DNA from: Cetorhinus maximus | Lineage: Eukaryota | Reading direction: 5' to 3' | Assembly: GCF_964194155.1 (NCBI RefSeq) | Contig: NC_135910.1 | Location: forward strand, 9,920,001 to 9,984,000 | Length of the DNA stretch: 64,000 nucleotides | Part shown: positions 1-13,577 of the stretch, in pieces | Position numbering within the stretch: position 1 is the first letter of the stretch | Layout: every line of letters starts with the position of its first letter | The notes under the pieces: generated by a model | The model's input: only the letters and a program-made list of their open reading frames with translations | Database searches by the model: none | Told to the model about the DNA's origin: nothing | Position numbers and translations under genes: made by a program

Positions 1-29
1 TAGATATACTGAGGCTGTTTGATTGTGAC

Positions 30-200
30 AGTATAGAGTATCTAACCAATGCTGTAGTTACTGAGTGTCTAACCAATGCTGTAGTTATCCTGAGAGTGTT
101 TGATAGGGACAGTAAAAGGGACCTTGACTCTATCTAATCCATGTTGTACCTGCCCTGGGAGTGTTTGATGGGGCGGTGCAGAGGGAGCTTTACTCTGCTT
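30..200 (+). repeat. Degenerate ~65-bp dispersed satellite-like repeat (tatctaacc.tgctgtacctgccctgggagtgtttgatgggacagtgtagagggagctttactc)
   Basis: About 3 units here; a reverse-complement copy lies at ~26110-26200. Confidence 0.6.
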
Positions 201-1314
201 CAAGCTCAATGTTGATGCTGGGTTTATTTCATCACTGAAATGGACAGGGTCTGTTCAGTGTTTCACTCTCCATGTAGCCTGGTGCAGTTTCCAGACTTAG
301 GCGCGAATTTACAAACCAGCTGATAAAGCATTTGGCAGAGAATGAGTCACCAAATTGAGCACTGCTCAGAGTCATTAACTGGGATTCATGCCCCGTCTAC
401 TCACCCAGACACAGAATAGAGGGAATGTTGAGCATTGGTTTGTACCAGCCCAATCAATTGATGACCAGCAGTGCCAACTGCCCAGCACTCCTCAGCATTA
501 GCTTTACAATGTCAGCTTCACTTCTGGATGGAGCTCAACCCCTGAACCTCAATCACTTGCTCATGTACCCTCTCCCCTTGACATACAGCACACCATATTG
601 ATTAAGGCGTCCTAGAATCATCCATGACACCCACTTGGAACCGGCAATAGGTGAATTGCTGGGCACATCAAGAAGAATCTAACTTGATTTGTAATTTTCG
701 TGGTGGTTGCTTTAAGTGTGCAGGCAGCTTGCAAGGCACAGACTAGCAAACGGATCCCCGGAGGCTGCGCCCAAAGGTAAGTTTACTAGTTTTTTCTACT
801 TATCAGCCTGGAAACCCCATCGGTCTGGACCATGTGCCAGTCCGGAGACTGCACCAGTCTGGAGACTAACTACATTGCAGAAATGGGGTCAAAAATGAAC
901 TTTTAAAAATGCTGATGGCAGTGCAAGCAACAAGTTTTAATCTAGAGCCATTTTGGGGGAGGGCTATGACTTCAAACCTCTTGTTATTTTAGTTGGTTTT
1001 GGCTAATAGTCTTTCAATCCAGCCCTCTCATTAAGCTCAGACATCAGCCCACTCAGCACAGACTGAGGCAGTGGAACAGTGGCTGACAGCTCCCTTACCT
1101 CAACAAGCTTCCATTACAACAATAAACAAGTAAACAGGAAGTTACACACTAACACAGCCCATAACAGGAACCAGCATTGTAGACAAAAACAGGTCACGGG
1201 GGTCATGATCATCAGTTGTTGTCGTCGTGAGATATTTTAATGGAGGGATGAGTCAGTGGAGTCCAACTAAATCTCAACGAGCTGCACAGCTACCACAGGA
1301 CAGGAAGCAAGAAG

Positions 1315-1560
1315 TTGGCATTTTTATAGCACCTTTCACGACCTCAGGAGGTCCCAAAGTGCTTTACAGCCAATGGTGTACTTTTATATTCAATGTTGTA
1401 AAGTAGGAAACTACAGCACCCCATTTGTGCACAACAAGCTAATCTGCTTTTTGGTGATGGTTGATTTAGGATTGTTGGTCTGGACACCAAGGCAAGAACA
1501 CCTTCGCTATGTTCCAAAATAATGCCATGGGAAGTTTTATGTCCATCTGTGAGGGCAGTT
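1315..1560 (-). mobile_element. Deu-domain (SacSINE1-like) SINE, 3' part
   Basis: Similar to the fuller copies at 35188 and 32155. Confidence 0.6.
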
Positions 1561-1564
1561 TATA

Positions 1565-3010
1565 GGAACATAGGAATAGGATTGGTCCCTTGAGCTTGTT
1601 CCACTATTCAGTTAGATCTAGGTTAATCTGTATCTTAACTCTATCCACTTGCATGGCATCATGTCCTTTCATACCTTTAACTAGCAAAAAATCTATGGTT
1701 CTCAGATCTAAATTTATTTAATGAACCAGTATTGACAGCTTTTTGTGGGAGAGGGTTCCACACTTCTACCACCCTTTGTGTAAAGAAGCATTTCCTAACT
1801 TCTCCTCTGAATGGTCTGGATCTAATTTTAGGTTTACAGTCCCTTATCCTAGACTCCCCCATCAGTGGAGAAAGCTTTTTTATATACACTCCTGGGATGT
1901 GAGTATCATTGGCATGGCCAACATTTATTCCTCATCCCTAATTGTCCTTGAGAAAGTGGTGGTGAGTTGCCTTGTTCAACCGCCTAGTTCATGTTGTGTG
2001 GGTACACCCGCAGTGCTGTTAGGGAGGGAGTTCCAGGATTTTGACCCAGCAGCACTGAAGGGATAATGAGTGGTTCCAAGCTAGAGTGGCATGTGACTTG
2101 GAGGAGAGCTTATAGGTGGTTGTGTTCCATGCATCTGTTGCTTTTGTCTCTCTTGATGGTAGAGATCATGGGTTTGGAAGGTGCTGTCAAAGGACCCTTA
2201 GTCAGTTGCTGAAGTGCATCTTGTTTATGGTGCACACTGCTGCCACTGTGCACCAGTGATGGAGAGAGTGAATGTTTAACGTGGTGGATGGGGTGCTGAT
2301 CAAGCGGGCTGCTTTGTCCTAGATGCTGCTGAACTTTTCGAGTGTTGTTGGAACTGCACTCAACCTAACTTGGGCCTTGTAAATGATGAACAAGCTTTGG
2401 GGAATAAGGAAGTGAGTTACTCAGCACAGAATTCCCAGCCTCTGACCTACTCTTGCAGCCATAGTATTTATATGGCTGGTTAAGTTTCTGGTCAATGGTA
2501 ACCCCCAGGTTGCTGATGGTGGAGGATTTAGTGATGGTAATACTGTTGAATGTCAAGGAGAAATGGTTAAATCTTCTCTTGTTGGGAATGGTCGTTGCCT
2601 GGCACTTCTGTGGCAGGAATGTTACTTGCGACTTATCAGCCCAAACCTGAATGTTGTCCAGGCCTTGCTGCATGCGACTGGGAATGCTTCAGTATCTGAA
2701 TTGTTGCAAATAGTGCTGAACACAGTACAATCATCAGTGAACATCCCCATTTCTGAGCTTGTGTTGGCATGAAGGACATAAAGCAGATCAAGATGTCAGA
2801 GCCTAGGATATTGCCGTGATGTCCTGAGGTTGAGAGCTTTTCTCTATTTACCTTTTCAATTCCTTTCAAAATCCAAATGCCTTAATAAAATCACCCCTTA
2901 ACCTTCTATGTTCCAGGGAATACAAGCCTAGTTTATGTGACCTGTACACGGTATTCTAGATGTGATCTTATCAGAGATTGTTTTTTATAGCAATAGCAAA
3001 ACTTCCTCCT
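1565..3010 (-). mobile_element. CR1 LINE 3' fragment interrupted by a HER1-type CR1 LINE fragment (~1880-2830)
   Basis: Peptides FFTQRVVEVWN (CR1 ORF2 end) and MQQGLDNIQVWADK (HER1-type RT). Confidence 0.75.
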
Positions 3011-3429
3011 CTTTATATTCTTGCCCTTCCAACATCTCATCTGAAAGATAGCATTCTCTCAGTAGTACATTGGGAGTGTCAGCCTAGATTTTTTGCTTAA
3101 GTCTCTGGCGTAGGACTTGAAGCCACAACCTTCTGACTCAGGACGTGGCTGAATAAAGAAGAAAGAAAAAAAAATTACAGCCATAAAGCAGTTTTATGCC
3201 TTTAGGTTTGTGTATCACAATCAGTGAAGTACTTATGAAGTATTGCCGCTGTTCTAGTATAGGGAAACACAGCAGAGCCAGGCTTGACATGGAACATGGA
3301 AATCTCCATCACTGGATTACGCTTACAGCCAGTCCTGTTTACTGATAGTTGTGCTTGTTTTACAGGTTGTTCCTTTAAGAAAGAGGAACTGTTAGAAATA
3401 GGGAATGGCCCAGAGACTCAAACAAAATT

Positions 3430-3945
3430 TGTGACCACTTTGCAGAACACCTTCATTGAGTCTGCACGCATGACCCCAAGCTTCCTGTCACCTGTCATTT
3501 TAATTCACCACCTTTGCTCCCACTCTGACCTTCCTGTCCTTGGACTGCTAGTGATCCAATGAAGCTCACACAAGTTCAAAAAAATACCTCATCTTTCCGC
3601 TGGACACTTTACAGCCTTCTGGACTCAACGCTCAGTTCAACAATTTTAGCTCATAACCTCTGCCTCATTTTGCTTCTTTTATTTTTGCTGGCCTTTTCGC
3701 TTGTCTCTTTCTTATTTATTTTCCTGCCAGCCTGCCATTCACACCTCCTCTAGCCTAGTCACATCTTTTGGTTCTTTACTTGTCCCATTACCATTTCCTT
3801 TGGCCTTGCACCATTTAATTTCTCCCGCCCTCCATCCTATTACAGATCTTCACTTTTGTTCTTCTTTCCACCTCCCTAGCCTTTACCTATCCAATTTTTA
3901 ACTTTTCCCAGTTCTGCTGAGAGGCCATTGGTCTGAAACATTAGC
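3430..3945 (+). mobile_element. Penelope-like element 3' fragment
   Basis: Homologous to 39075-39830; ends in a hammerhead-like ctgctga..gaaac motif. Confidence 0.65.
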
Positions 3946-3979
3946 CAGAATTTGAATCTCTCCTGGGGGCAAGATAGCA

Positions 3980-4193
3980 ATTTTTTTTTTATTCATTCAA
4001 GGGATGTGGCCATCACAGGCTAGGCCAGCATTTATTGCCCATCCCTAATTGTCCTTGTTCAGAGGGCATTTAAGAGTCAACCACGTTGCTGTGGGTCTTG
4101 AGTCACGTGTAGGTCAGACCAGGTAAGGACAACAGATTTCCTTCCCTAAAGGATATTAGTGAACCAGATGGGTTTTTATGACAATGGTTTCAT
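3980..4193 (-). mobile_element. HE1-type V-SINE, 3' part
   Basis: Reverse complement of 62150-62356; shares its 3' tail with the HER1 LINE. Confidence 0.75.
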
Positions 4194-4489
4194 AGGGGAG
4201 AATTTTCTCCCTGTCGGAGGGGTTGTGCAGGGGCGGGCGCAGGCGGGCGTGCAGCCAATTGCCACCCCCGATTGGCTGGGCGCTGCCATTTTATGTGGGC
4301 GGGCCAATTAAGGCTCGCCTAGCGTGACCTCTGTGCCTCAGGAAGATTACTTTCACTTATGAGACATTGAATAAAGATTTTTAAAAATTTTAAGGACATG
4401 TCCCCTCATGTGAAACATTAATTTTATTTAAAAATTTTCAAACACTTTAAAAACGTTCATGAAACCTCGACTGTGGATGAGGTTCCATG

Positions 4490-4928
4490 AAACACTCCTC
4501 CATGCCTTTGTTACCTCTAGACTCAATTATTCCAATTCTCCGTAAATGTGAGCTTGCCCTAAACTTTGCTGCCTGCTTCCTCACTCACAGCAAGTTCTGT
4601 TCACTCATCACACCTCTGCTCGTTGACCTCCATTGGCTCACGGTCTGGCAATGCCTCAATTTTACATTCTCATTCTTGTTTTCAAGTTCTTCCATGGTCT
4701 CACCCCGTTCCTATCTCTGTAAGGTCCACCAGCCCCATAAACCTCCAAGATCTTCCCCTCTTTGAAGATGTTCTTTAAAACCTCCCTCTTTGACCAAGCT
4801 TTTGACCACCTGTCCTAATATTTCCTTATCTTCCTCGGTGTCAAGTTTCTTTTTTGATAATGCTGCTGTGAAAATCCTAGTAGGCTTTACTATGTTAAAG
4901 GTGCTATATAAAATTAAGTAGTTGTTAT
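4490..4928 (+). mobile_element. L2-clade LINE 3' end
   Basis: ITPLLVDLHWL motif; tail aaggtgctatataaa..gttgtt is shared with the Deu-SINE copies. Confidence 0.7.
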
Positions 4929-5169
4929 TTTACCAGACTGCCCAGGCTGGGGCTAAAGCAGCTATCATCCTGGGAGTCCCCTCTTATGCAGGGGATCATG
5001 TTTAGCAAATGCGAAGGTTTTGCACCCCACCACCCCCCCCAAACAGGCTGCATGGGAAAAATGAGCCAGATTTTGGGATCTGGTATTCTCGGAATGTGGG
5101 AATTAATGGCATAATCAGCATTTAATGTCCCTCCCTAGTTGTCCTTGAGAAGATGGTGGTGAGCCTCTT

Positions 5170-6058
5170 GCTCTTCTCCCGATAATCCTTCTGGTGGTGG
5201 TGACACTCCAACCCTTCTGCATGAATAACATGTCCAAAGAATTCCATTTGTCTTCATTTAATATTATTTAAGAGTTTGTTCTTCCAGCCTTATTCAATAC
5301 TTCTTCGGTGGTTTTTTCTCCACCCAGATTATCCATAGGATCCTTCTTAAGCGCCACATTTTGAAGCTGTTGATTTTCTTTTCTTCTATTTCCCAATGCT
5401 TCAAATTTCATATTTATAACTCATTACTGACCAGACATAACATTTTAGTACACGGAATCTCGTTTCAAGACTTAACTTGGTGTTTCTTAGAAGGTTACTT
5501 AATTTTGTAAAAGCACTTTTGACTTGTCTAATCCATTTTTGGATTTCAGTACTGTTTTTGACATTGGTTACTGTAATTTCTAGATAGTTGAACTGATTGA
5601 CGTGTTCTAACTTGTTTCCATTTACTGTGATGTTGCACACTGGAATACCCTTTTCCTTTGTCATTACCATAGTTTACATTTTCTTGCAGTTGAGTGTAAA
5701 TCCATATCTATCACTTTCCTTTACAACTGCATTGATTCATTTTTGCACGTCTTCTTCATTTGTTGCGACAAGTATAGTGTTGTTAGCATAGTGAACGTTG
5801 TTGATGACTCTCCCTCTTACCCTTATACCATCCATCCCTCCAATCCCTCTGAGATGACGGAGAAACAGTCCGGTGAGAGAACACAGCCTTGTCTAACTCC
5901 TCTTTTGATCACTGTCCAATCACCAAGTTCGTTCTCATATCTGATTGTCGCTACCTGATTCCAGTAAATATTCCTTATGAATTGAAGATCTTTCCTATCG
6001 ATGTTTATGTCTTCCAGAAATTTTATGAGATGATTGTGTGGACTTTATCAAATGCTAC
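5170..6058 (-). mobile_element. RTE-clade LINE fragment (reverse transcriptase, degraded)
   Basis: Minus-strand peptides KRGVRQGCVLSP, LEHVNQFNYL and RFRVLKCYVWSVMSY; AT-rich. Confidence 0.7.
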
Positions 6059-6449
6059 TGACCACTGATCAGGTTAAATCATAGTTTCTTGCCTGGTGTT
6101 TCAGTGATGACATAAGATGACATTTAGGCCATACCAGATGGTTAATGTGATCTCACTGTTCATCCAAGTACTAGCTTCTGCTCCTCCATTGTTCTAGCCA
6201 ATCAAATACTAACACCTCACGTGGGAAGCCTTCCACACAATGTGAGAAAGGTGCCAGCTTGTCTTCTTGTTCCTGTTTTATAATTGTCATGTCTAATCTC
6301 CATATACTAATCAGACAGTAATCCCATAATGTGATTAACTTCTGATTCACATGAGTTTAAATGTTATCACTTTGAACAATTTGCAATGCAGGATGGTTAA
6401 TATGACCAAACAAAAGATATCCATTTTACCTCTCTGCCCAATATTCTTG

Positions 6450-8095
6450 CACAGTTCATGATGGTGAAGAGAATGAATGTTTAAGGTGATAGGTGTGATG
6501 CTGATCAAGTGGACTGCTTTGTCCTGGATGGAATCGCGTTTCTCAAGTATTGTTGGAGCTGCTAGGCAAGTGGAAAGTACCCCATCACACTCCTGACTTG
6601 GGGGTTATAGTTGGTGGAAAGGCATTGAGGAGTCAGGAAGTGAGCTACTCAGCACACAATACTCAGCCTCTGACATGCTTTTGTGGCCAGATTATTTACA
6701 TGGCTGGATCAGTTAAGTTGACTGCCAGAATGTGGATGGTGGAGGATTCCACAATGGTGATGCCACCAAATGTCAAGGAGAGATGGTTAGACTCTCTACT
6801 GTTGGAGATGGTCATTGCCTGGTAATTGTATGGCACCAATGTTACTTGCCACTTACCAGCACAAGGCTGGATGTTACCCAGGTCTCCATGCATGTGGGCA
6901 CAGATTGTGGATGGAAAAGTGAATATCCTCACTTCTAACTTTATGATGGAGGAACAGGGCATTGATGAAGCAGTTGAAGATACTTGGGCCCAGGACATTA
7001 CCCTGAGGACCTCCTGCAGTAATATCCTGGGGTTAAGATGATTGGCCTCCAGCAACCACAACCATCTTCCTTTGTGCTGGGCATGATTCCAGCCAATGGA
7101 GCATTTTCCCCCACTTCCCACTGACTTCAATTTTGCTAGGGCTCTTTGATGCCAGTCAAATGCTGCCTTGAAATCAAGGGTATCACTTTTACCTCATCTT
7201 TGAAATTCAGCTCTTTTGTCCATGTTTGAACCAAGGCTATAATGAGGCCAGTAAGAACTAAAACTGTGTATCGGTGAGTAGGTTATTGTTGAGTAAGTGC
7301 TGCTTGATATCACTGTTGATGACACCATCATTTTGCTGATGATTGAGAGTAGATGGGGCAGTAATTGGATGATTGGATTTGTCCTGCTTTTTGTGGACAG
7401 GACATACCTGGGCAAATTGATGGGTAGATGCCAGTGTTGTGGCTATACTGGAACAGCTTGGCTTGGGATGCAGCTAGTTCTGGAGCACAAGTCTGAAGTG
7501 TACAGCCAGGATGTTGCAGGGGCCCATAGCCTTTGCTGTATCCAGTGCCTTCAGCTGTTTCTAGATATCAAATGGAGTGAACTGAATTGGCTGAAAACTG
7601 GAATCTGTGAAGCTGAAAACCTCATAGGATGCTGAGATGGATCATCCAATGGCACTTCTAGCTGAAGATGGCTGTGAACGCACCAACCTTGTGTTTGCAC
7701 TCACATGCTAGGCTCCCTCATCATTTAGGATGGGGCTGTTAATGGAACCTCCTTCTCTCAATTGTTTCATTATCCCCGCCACTCATGTCTGGATGTGGCA
7801 GGATGACAGAGTTTTGATCTGATTCGTTGTTTATGAGAATGATTAGCTCTGTCTGTTTCTGCTGTTTAGCATGCATTTGGTCCTGTGTAGCTTCACCAGC
7901 TTGGCACCCCTTTTTTAGGTATGCATGACTTTCTCTCCTACTTTCTTCATTGAGCCAGGACTTGCCACCTTGCTTGGTGGTAATGGTAGAGAGTGATGGA
8001 TATGCCGGGTCATGAGGTTACAGAGCATGGTGGAATACATTTCTGCTGCTGGTGGTCCATGTGGATGTCCAATTTTGAATTGTTAGGCCTGTTCT
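6450..8095 (-). mobile_element. HER1-type CR1 LINE internal fragment
   Basis: Homologous to 12330-13575 and 44640-46345; peptides DLGNIQ and KWQVTLVP. Confidence 0.75.
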
Positions 8096-8115
8096 AGTGA
8101 GAGTGAGAGTCCACA

Positions 8116-10215
8116 TTTTTTCAAAAATATCCTTCATTCATAAAATTTATAAAAATACATTACAAAACATTTCAAATTGCATGTTACAGAAAGTGCAATA
8201 AAATTCAACTTTTCCCTATGCAACATGTTCCACTCCGAGCCTCAAAACAATTGCAATATTGCAATACTCTTGATATTTGCAATATACATTCCATGCCAGG
8301 CATACAGCCTGAGGGCAAAACATTTCAAATTGTCTAATTAAGTAAGTGCAATAGAATTCAACTTTTCTGCATACAGCGTGTTCCATTCTGAGGTGTCTCA
8401 ATACAATTTCAATACTCTTGATACTCATAATGTACATTCAATGTCAGGCATACAGCCTGAGGGGTTCTACACAGTTTTCAGCCATTCGGTGTACCATGGC
8501 TGAAAGGCCTTAGGCAGTGATCTTTCCCTATTTCACCCCTACGGCGGCTGCCTTGAGCTTTAGTGCGTCCCACAGCATATAGTCCTGGACCTTGAAATGT
8601 GCCAGTCTATAACAATCAAAAGAAGACAACTCTTTGCACTTGAAGACCAGCAAGTTTCAGGCTGACAAAGAGCGCTTTTCACGGAGTTGATGGTCCTCCA
8701 GCCTCAGTCGATGTTTATCTCAGTGTGCATCCCTGGGAACAGCCCGTGGAGCACCGAGTCCTGCTTCACAGAGTTGCTCAGGATGAACCTTAACAAAACC
8801 ACTGCATCTCTCTCCAGACCTTCCATGAAAAGGCACATTCCAGAAGGAGGTAGACAACAGTCTCTTCTCCACCAAAGCCACCTTGAGGGCAACATGTGGA
8901 GGTCTGGTCATGTGGGAAGGATCTGGTAGGGAGGGCCTTTCTCGACACCAGCCAAGCTATGTCTTGTTGCTTGTTTGAAAATCCTGGTGATAAGGCATTT
9001 TGCCAGTCTGCTCAGGGAACCACCCAACAGGACCCACCATCTCCTTTTCCTGCAAGGTTATGAGAACGTTATGTGTGGACCACTGCCTCTTGGACTTGTG
9101 ATCAAAGGTGTTTTTCTGCATTAAACTTTTCCACAAGGGATAGGTGGTACGGCATGGTCCAACTACTTGGAATGTTCTGCAGCAGTGTGGCCAGACCCAT
9201 CCTTCGCACACCAGGGACAGGTAGAACCTCAGTACGTAGTGACACTTGATGTTTGTGTACTGAGGGTCCATGCACGGCTTGGTGCAGCCACACACAAAGG
9301 TGCCCATCAGGATTAGGGTGATGTTGGGTGCATTTTTCTCCCTTTATCTAGGGATTTATACATTGTGTCCCAGCAAACATGTCCATTTTTGACCTCCAGA
9401 TAAAGTGGAAGATGGCTCGGGTGATTGCCACAGTGCAGGAGTGAGGAATGGGCCACACCTGTGCCACATCAAGCAACACCGAGAGCGCCTTGCACCTGAT
9501 GACCAGGTTCTCACCTGCAATGGAGAGCGAACATTGCTCCCAATAGCTAGTTTTTGTTTTACCACAGCTACTTGCTCCTTCTAGTTTTCAGCACACGCCC
9601 TAGCCCCTCTGAACCATATCCCCAGCACCTTCAGGTAGTCTGACCTGATGGTGAAGGGGATGAAGGATTGGTCAGCCCAGTTCTCAAAGAACATGGCCTC
9701 GCTCTTGCCATGGTTTACCTTGGTCCCGGAGGCCTGTCCAAACTGGTCACAGATGCTCATCAGTCTGCGCACCTACAGTAGATCCAAGCAGAAGATGGTG
9801 GGTGACATCGTCCATGTACAGGGAGGCCATGACCCGAGTGCCCGCACTGCCCGGAATTGTCATCCCTTTTATGCCTGCATCTTTTCTGGTGGACTCGGCA
9901 AAAGGTTTGATACAACACACAAATAGGACAGGGGAGAGAGGCCAGCCCTGCCGGACTCCAGATTTAATTGGAAAGCTTTTGATTCCCACCCAGTGATTGA
10001 AGCTGCTTGACTGATGTTTGTGTAGAGCAGTTGGATCAAACTCCCTCCCCAAACTCCACATTGGAGAGCACATCCATCATGTAGGTGTGTGATATTCTGT
10101 CAAAGACCTTCTCTTGATCCAGACTAATGAGGCAGGTATCCAACCCCTTGTCCTGCACATAGGCATCAGATCCCTGAGGAGCGCAAGGCTGTCAGATGTC
10201 TGCCAGGTACAGCAC
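8116..10215 (-). mobile_element. Tx1/L1-clade LINE, 5'-truncated and frameshifted
   Basis: Peptides FPIKSGVRQGWPLSPVLF, SLYMDDV, SGTKVNHGKSE and YLKVLGIWF; A-rich tail at ~8116. Confidence 0.8.
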
Positions 10216-11099
10216 AGGTTGAGTGAGAATTGAGAGTGCACATGGAAATTCAGGGCCACTCTGCCTTTAAATGGCGTTATGACTTTGATACAGCAGGGAA
10301 TGGTTTCAGAGTGAAGCTATATGTTGAACAGTGATGCTGTGCTTTGGGCCTGGCAAACTTGCACTATCCTCTATGTTGGCTTTATGCAAATAACACTTCC
10401 TGTTCATGCAGTGCCTGAGTGCAGTGCATGGGCTGCAGATTTAGCAGCATTTCCGATCCGACAAAACAACAGTGATTGACCGAGTGAAAACCACGGCACT
10501 AACGGTACAAAGCAACAGCTGAGAGCAGCCCATCAGTGCCAGAGAGGATGGCTGATGGGGGGCGGTTTATATTCCTGTCGAGCAGTGGCTACACATCACA
10601 GGGAAAGCCAGCAGCTTTATTGATCGAGTTTTACATTTGAAAATCAACATGTGAATTTTCAGGTGCAAGAAAGGTTCAACAAGGGAAATCATCCCTTACA
10701 CACATCTCTCCACACCGCATATCTCCCCCTGGCTCACCTACACCCACCCACCTTCTCCCTATAATCCCCAAATGTCACCAATCCACCTTGTCCCCATATT
10801 CCTCAAGCCCACTGACCAGCCTTCACCCATATCTCTCAGTTTCACCTCCCTCAAACTCTCAGTAACTTGCCTTGTCATCAGTAACTCACTCACTTCACAT
10901 TCTCAGTAACTCGCTCTCTGGCATGGGTGTCACTCCAAGATAGTATAATTCACAGGAACATAAGAACAGGAGAAACTAAATTAACATTTGGCCTAGCATC
11001 AACTGGCATTTGTGGAAGAGAGTTCTAAATTACTACCATCTTTTGCGTGTAGAAGTGTTTCCTAACTTCACTCCTGAGAGGCCTAGTTCTACACCCTTT

Positions 11100-11730
11100 T
11101 CTTTTATTTTTACATGGGATGTGGGCGTCGTTTTTATTGCCCATCCGTAATTGCCCTTGAGAAGGTGGTGGTGAACCACCTTCTTGAACTGGTGTACCCC
11201 ATGTGGTGTAGGTACACCCACAGTGCTGTTTGGGAGGGAGTTACAGGATTTTGATCCAGCAATAGTGAAGGAATGGCGATATAATTCCAACTCAAGACGG
11301 CGTGAAGTTTGGAGGGGAACTTGTAGCTAGTGGTGTTCCCATGCATCTGCTGCCCTTGTCCTTCTAGGTGGTAGAGGCTGTGGGCTTGGGAGGTGCTGTT
11401 GAAGGAGTCTTGGTGAGCTGCTGCAATGCATCTTGTCGATGGAACACAATGCTGCCACTGTGCGTCGGTGGTGGAGAGATTGGAGGTGGTGGATGGGGTG
11501 CCAAACAATTGGGCTGCTTTGACCTGGATGATGTTAAGCTTCTTGAGCGTTGATGAAGCTGCACTCATCCAGGAAAGTGGAGCATGTTCCACCACACTCC
11601 TGACTTGCCCCTTGTCGCTTGTGGATAGGCTTTGGGGAGTCAGGAGGTGAGTTACTCGCCACAGAATTCCCAGCCTGTGATCTGCTCTTGCTATTTATAT
11701 GGCTGGTCCAGTTCAGTTTCTGATCAATGG
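11100..11730 (-). mobile_element. HER1-type CR1 LINE 3' end nested in another CR1 (flanks ~10955-11100 and ~11730-12330)
   Basis: HER1 tail present; flanks encode EKLFPLVGESRTRGH and LYKALVRPHLEY. Confidence 0.75.
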
Positions 11731-12329
11731 TTCTATGCCCTCTGGTCCTAGATTCCCCAACCAATGGAAATAGCTTCTCTTCATCTACCAAGACAAACAT
11801 ATGAGGGAGAGAAGGGAAAAAATAAAGAATAATGTTGACAGAGTTAGATGAGAAAAGACAGTAGGAGTTGAAGTGGAGCATAAATGCCACATGGACTGGT
11901 TGGGCCAATTGTTTCTGCGCTGTATATCCTATCTACCCTATCTGTTCTCCATAATATCTTGAAAACGTAAATCAATTCCCCTTAATCTTCTAAATTCCAA
12001 GGAATACAGCCCTAGTTTGTGTAATCGTTCCATGTAATTTAACCCTTAGAATGCCAGTATCATTCTAGTAATTCTACACTGTAATCCCTCCAAGGCCAAT
12101 ATATCCTTCCTTAGGTGTGGTGCACACAGCTGAACACGGTATTCCAGGTGTGGTCTAACCAGAGCTTTGTATAGCTGTAACTTTACTCCCATTCCCATCA
12201 TTAATGAATACAGCCAATAGCTGAGGCCCAACACAGATCCTGGTCACATCCTGCCAATTAGAGTTCCTACTCAATACCTCCTGCTGCTCAGCTAATTTCC
12301 TAACTAGGTCAATAATTTGTCTTCAATTC

Positions 12330-13577
12330 CAGGGCCACTCAGCTCCTGACTCATTATAGCCTTGGTTCAAACGTGGACAAAGGAGCTGAACTCCCGAGGT
12401 GAGGTAAGAGTGACTGTCCTTGACATCAAGGCCGCATTTGACTGAGTGTGGCAGCAAGGAGCCCTAGCAAAACTGGAGTCAATGGGAATCAGAGGGAAAA
12501 CTCGCCGCCGGTTGGAGTCATACCGTGCACAAAGGAAGATGGTTGTGGTTGTTGGAGGTCAGCCATCTCAGCTCCAGGACATCACTGCAGAAGCTCCTCA
12601 GGGTAGAGTCCTCAACCCAACCATCTTCAGCTGCTTCATCAATGACCTTCCTTCCATCATAAGGTCAGAAGTGGGAATGTTCGCCAATGATTGCACAATG
12701 TTCAGCACCATTCGCGACTGCTCAGATACTGAAACAGTCCATGTCCAAATGCAGCAAGACCTGGACAATATCCAGGCTTGGGCTGACAAGTGGCAAGTGA
12801 CATTCGTGCCTCACAAGTGTCAGGCAATGACCATCTCCAACAAGAGAGAATCCAACCCTCACTCCTTGATGTTCAATGGAATTACCATCACTGAATGCCC
12901 AACTATCAACATCCTGGGGGTTACCATTGACCAGAAACTGAACTCGACCAGCCATATAAATACTGTGGCTACAAGACCAGTCAGAGGCTAGGAATCGTGC
13001 AAGGAGTAACTTACCTCCTGATTCCCCAAAGCCTGTCCACCATTTACATGGTACAAGTCAGGTGTGTGATGGAATACTCTCCACTTGCCTGATGTGTGCA
13101 TCCCCCACAACACCCAAAAAGGTTGACACCATCCAGGACAAAGCAGCCCGCTTGATTGGCACCACATTCACAAACCTTCACTCCCTCCACCACCAATGCA
13201 CAGTAGCAGCACTGTGTACCATCTACAAGATGCACTGCAGGAATTCACCAAGGCTTCTTCGATAGCACCTTCCAAACCCATGACCACTACCATCTAGAAG
13301 GACAAGGGCAGCAGATAGATGGGAACACCACCACCTGGAAGTTCCCCTCCAAGTCACTCACCATCCTGACTTGGAAATATATCGCAGTTCCTTCACTATC
13401 ACTGGGTCAAAATCCTGGAACTCCCTTCTTAACAGCACTGTGGGTGTACCTACACTACGTGGACTGCAGCGGTTCAAGAAGGCAGCTCATCACCACCTTC
13501 TCAAGGGCAACTAGGGATGGGCAATGAATTCTGGCCCAGCCAGCGACGCCCACATCCCGTGAATGAATAAAAAAAAC
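12330..13577 (+). mobile_element. HER1-type CR1 LINE, 5'-truncated, with RT and complete 3' tail
   Basis: Peptides PQGRVLNPTIFSCFINDLP and MFANDCT; tail gatgggcaatgaattctggcccagccagcgacgcccacatcccgtgaatgaataaaaaa. Confidence 0.85.

Noticed and set aside
1094-1115. ATG GAA GCT..G|gtaag donor on the minus strand
   Set aside because: In-frame TGA before the donor; does not match MAP4K1 exon 2.
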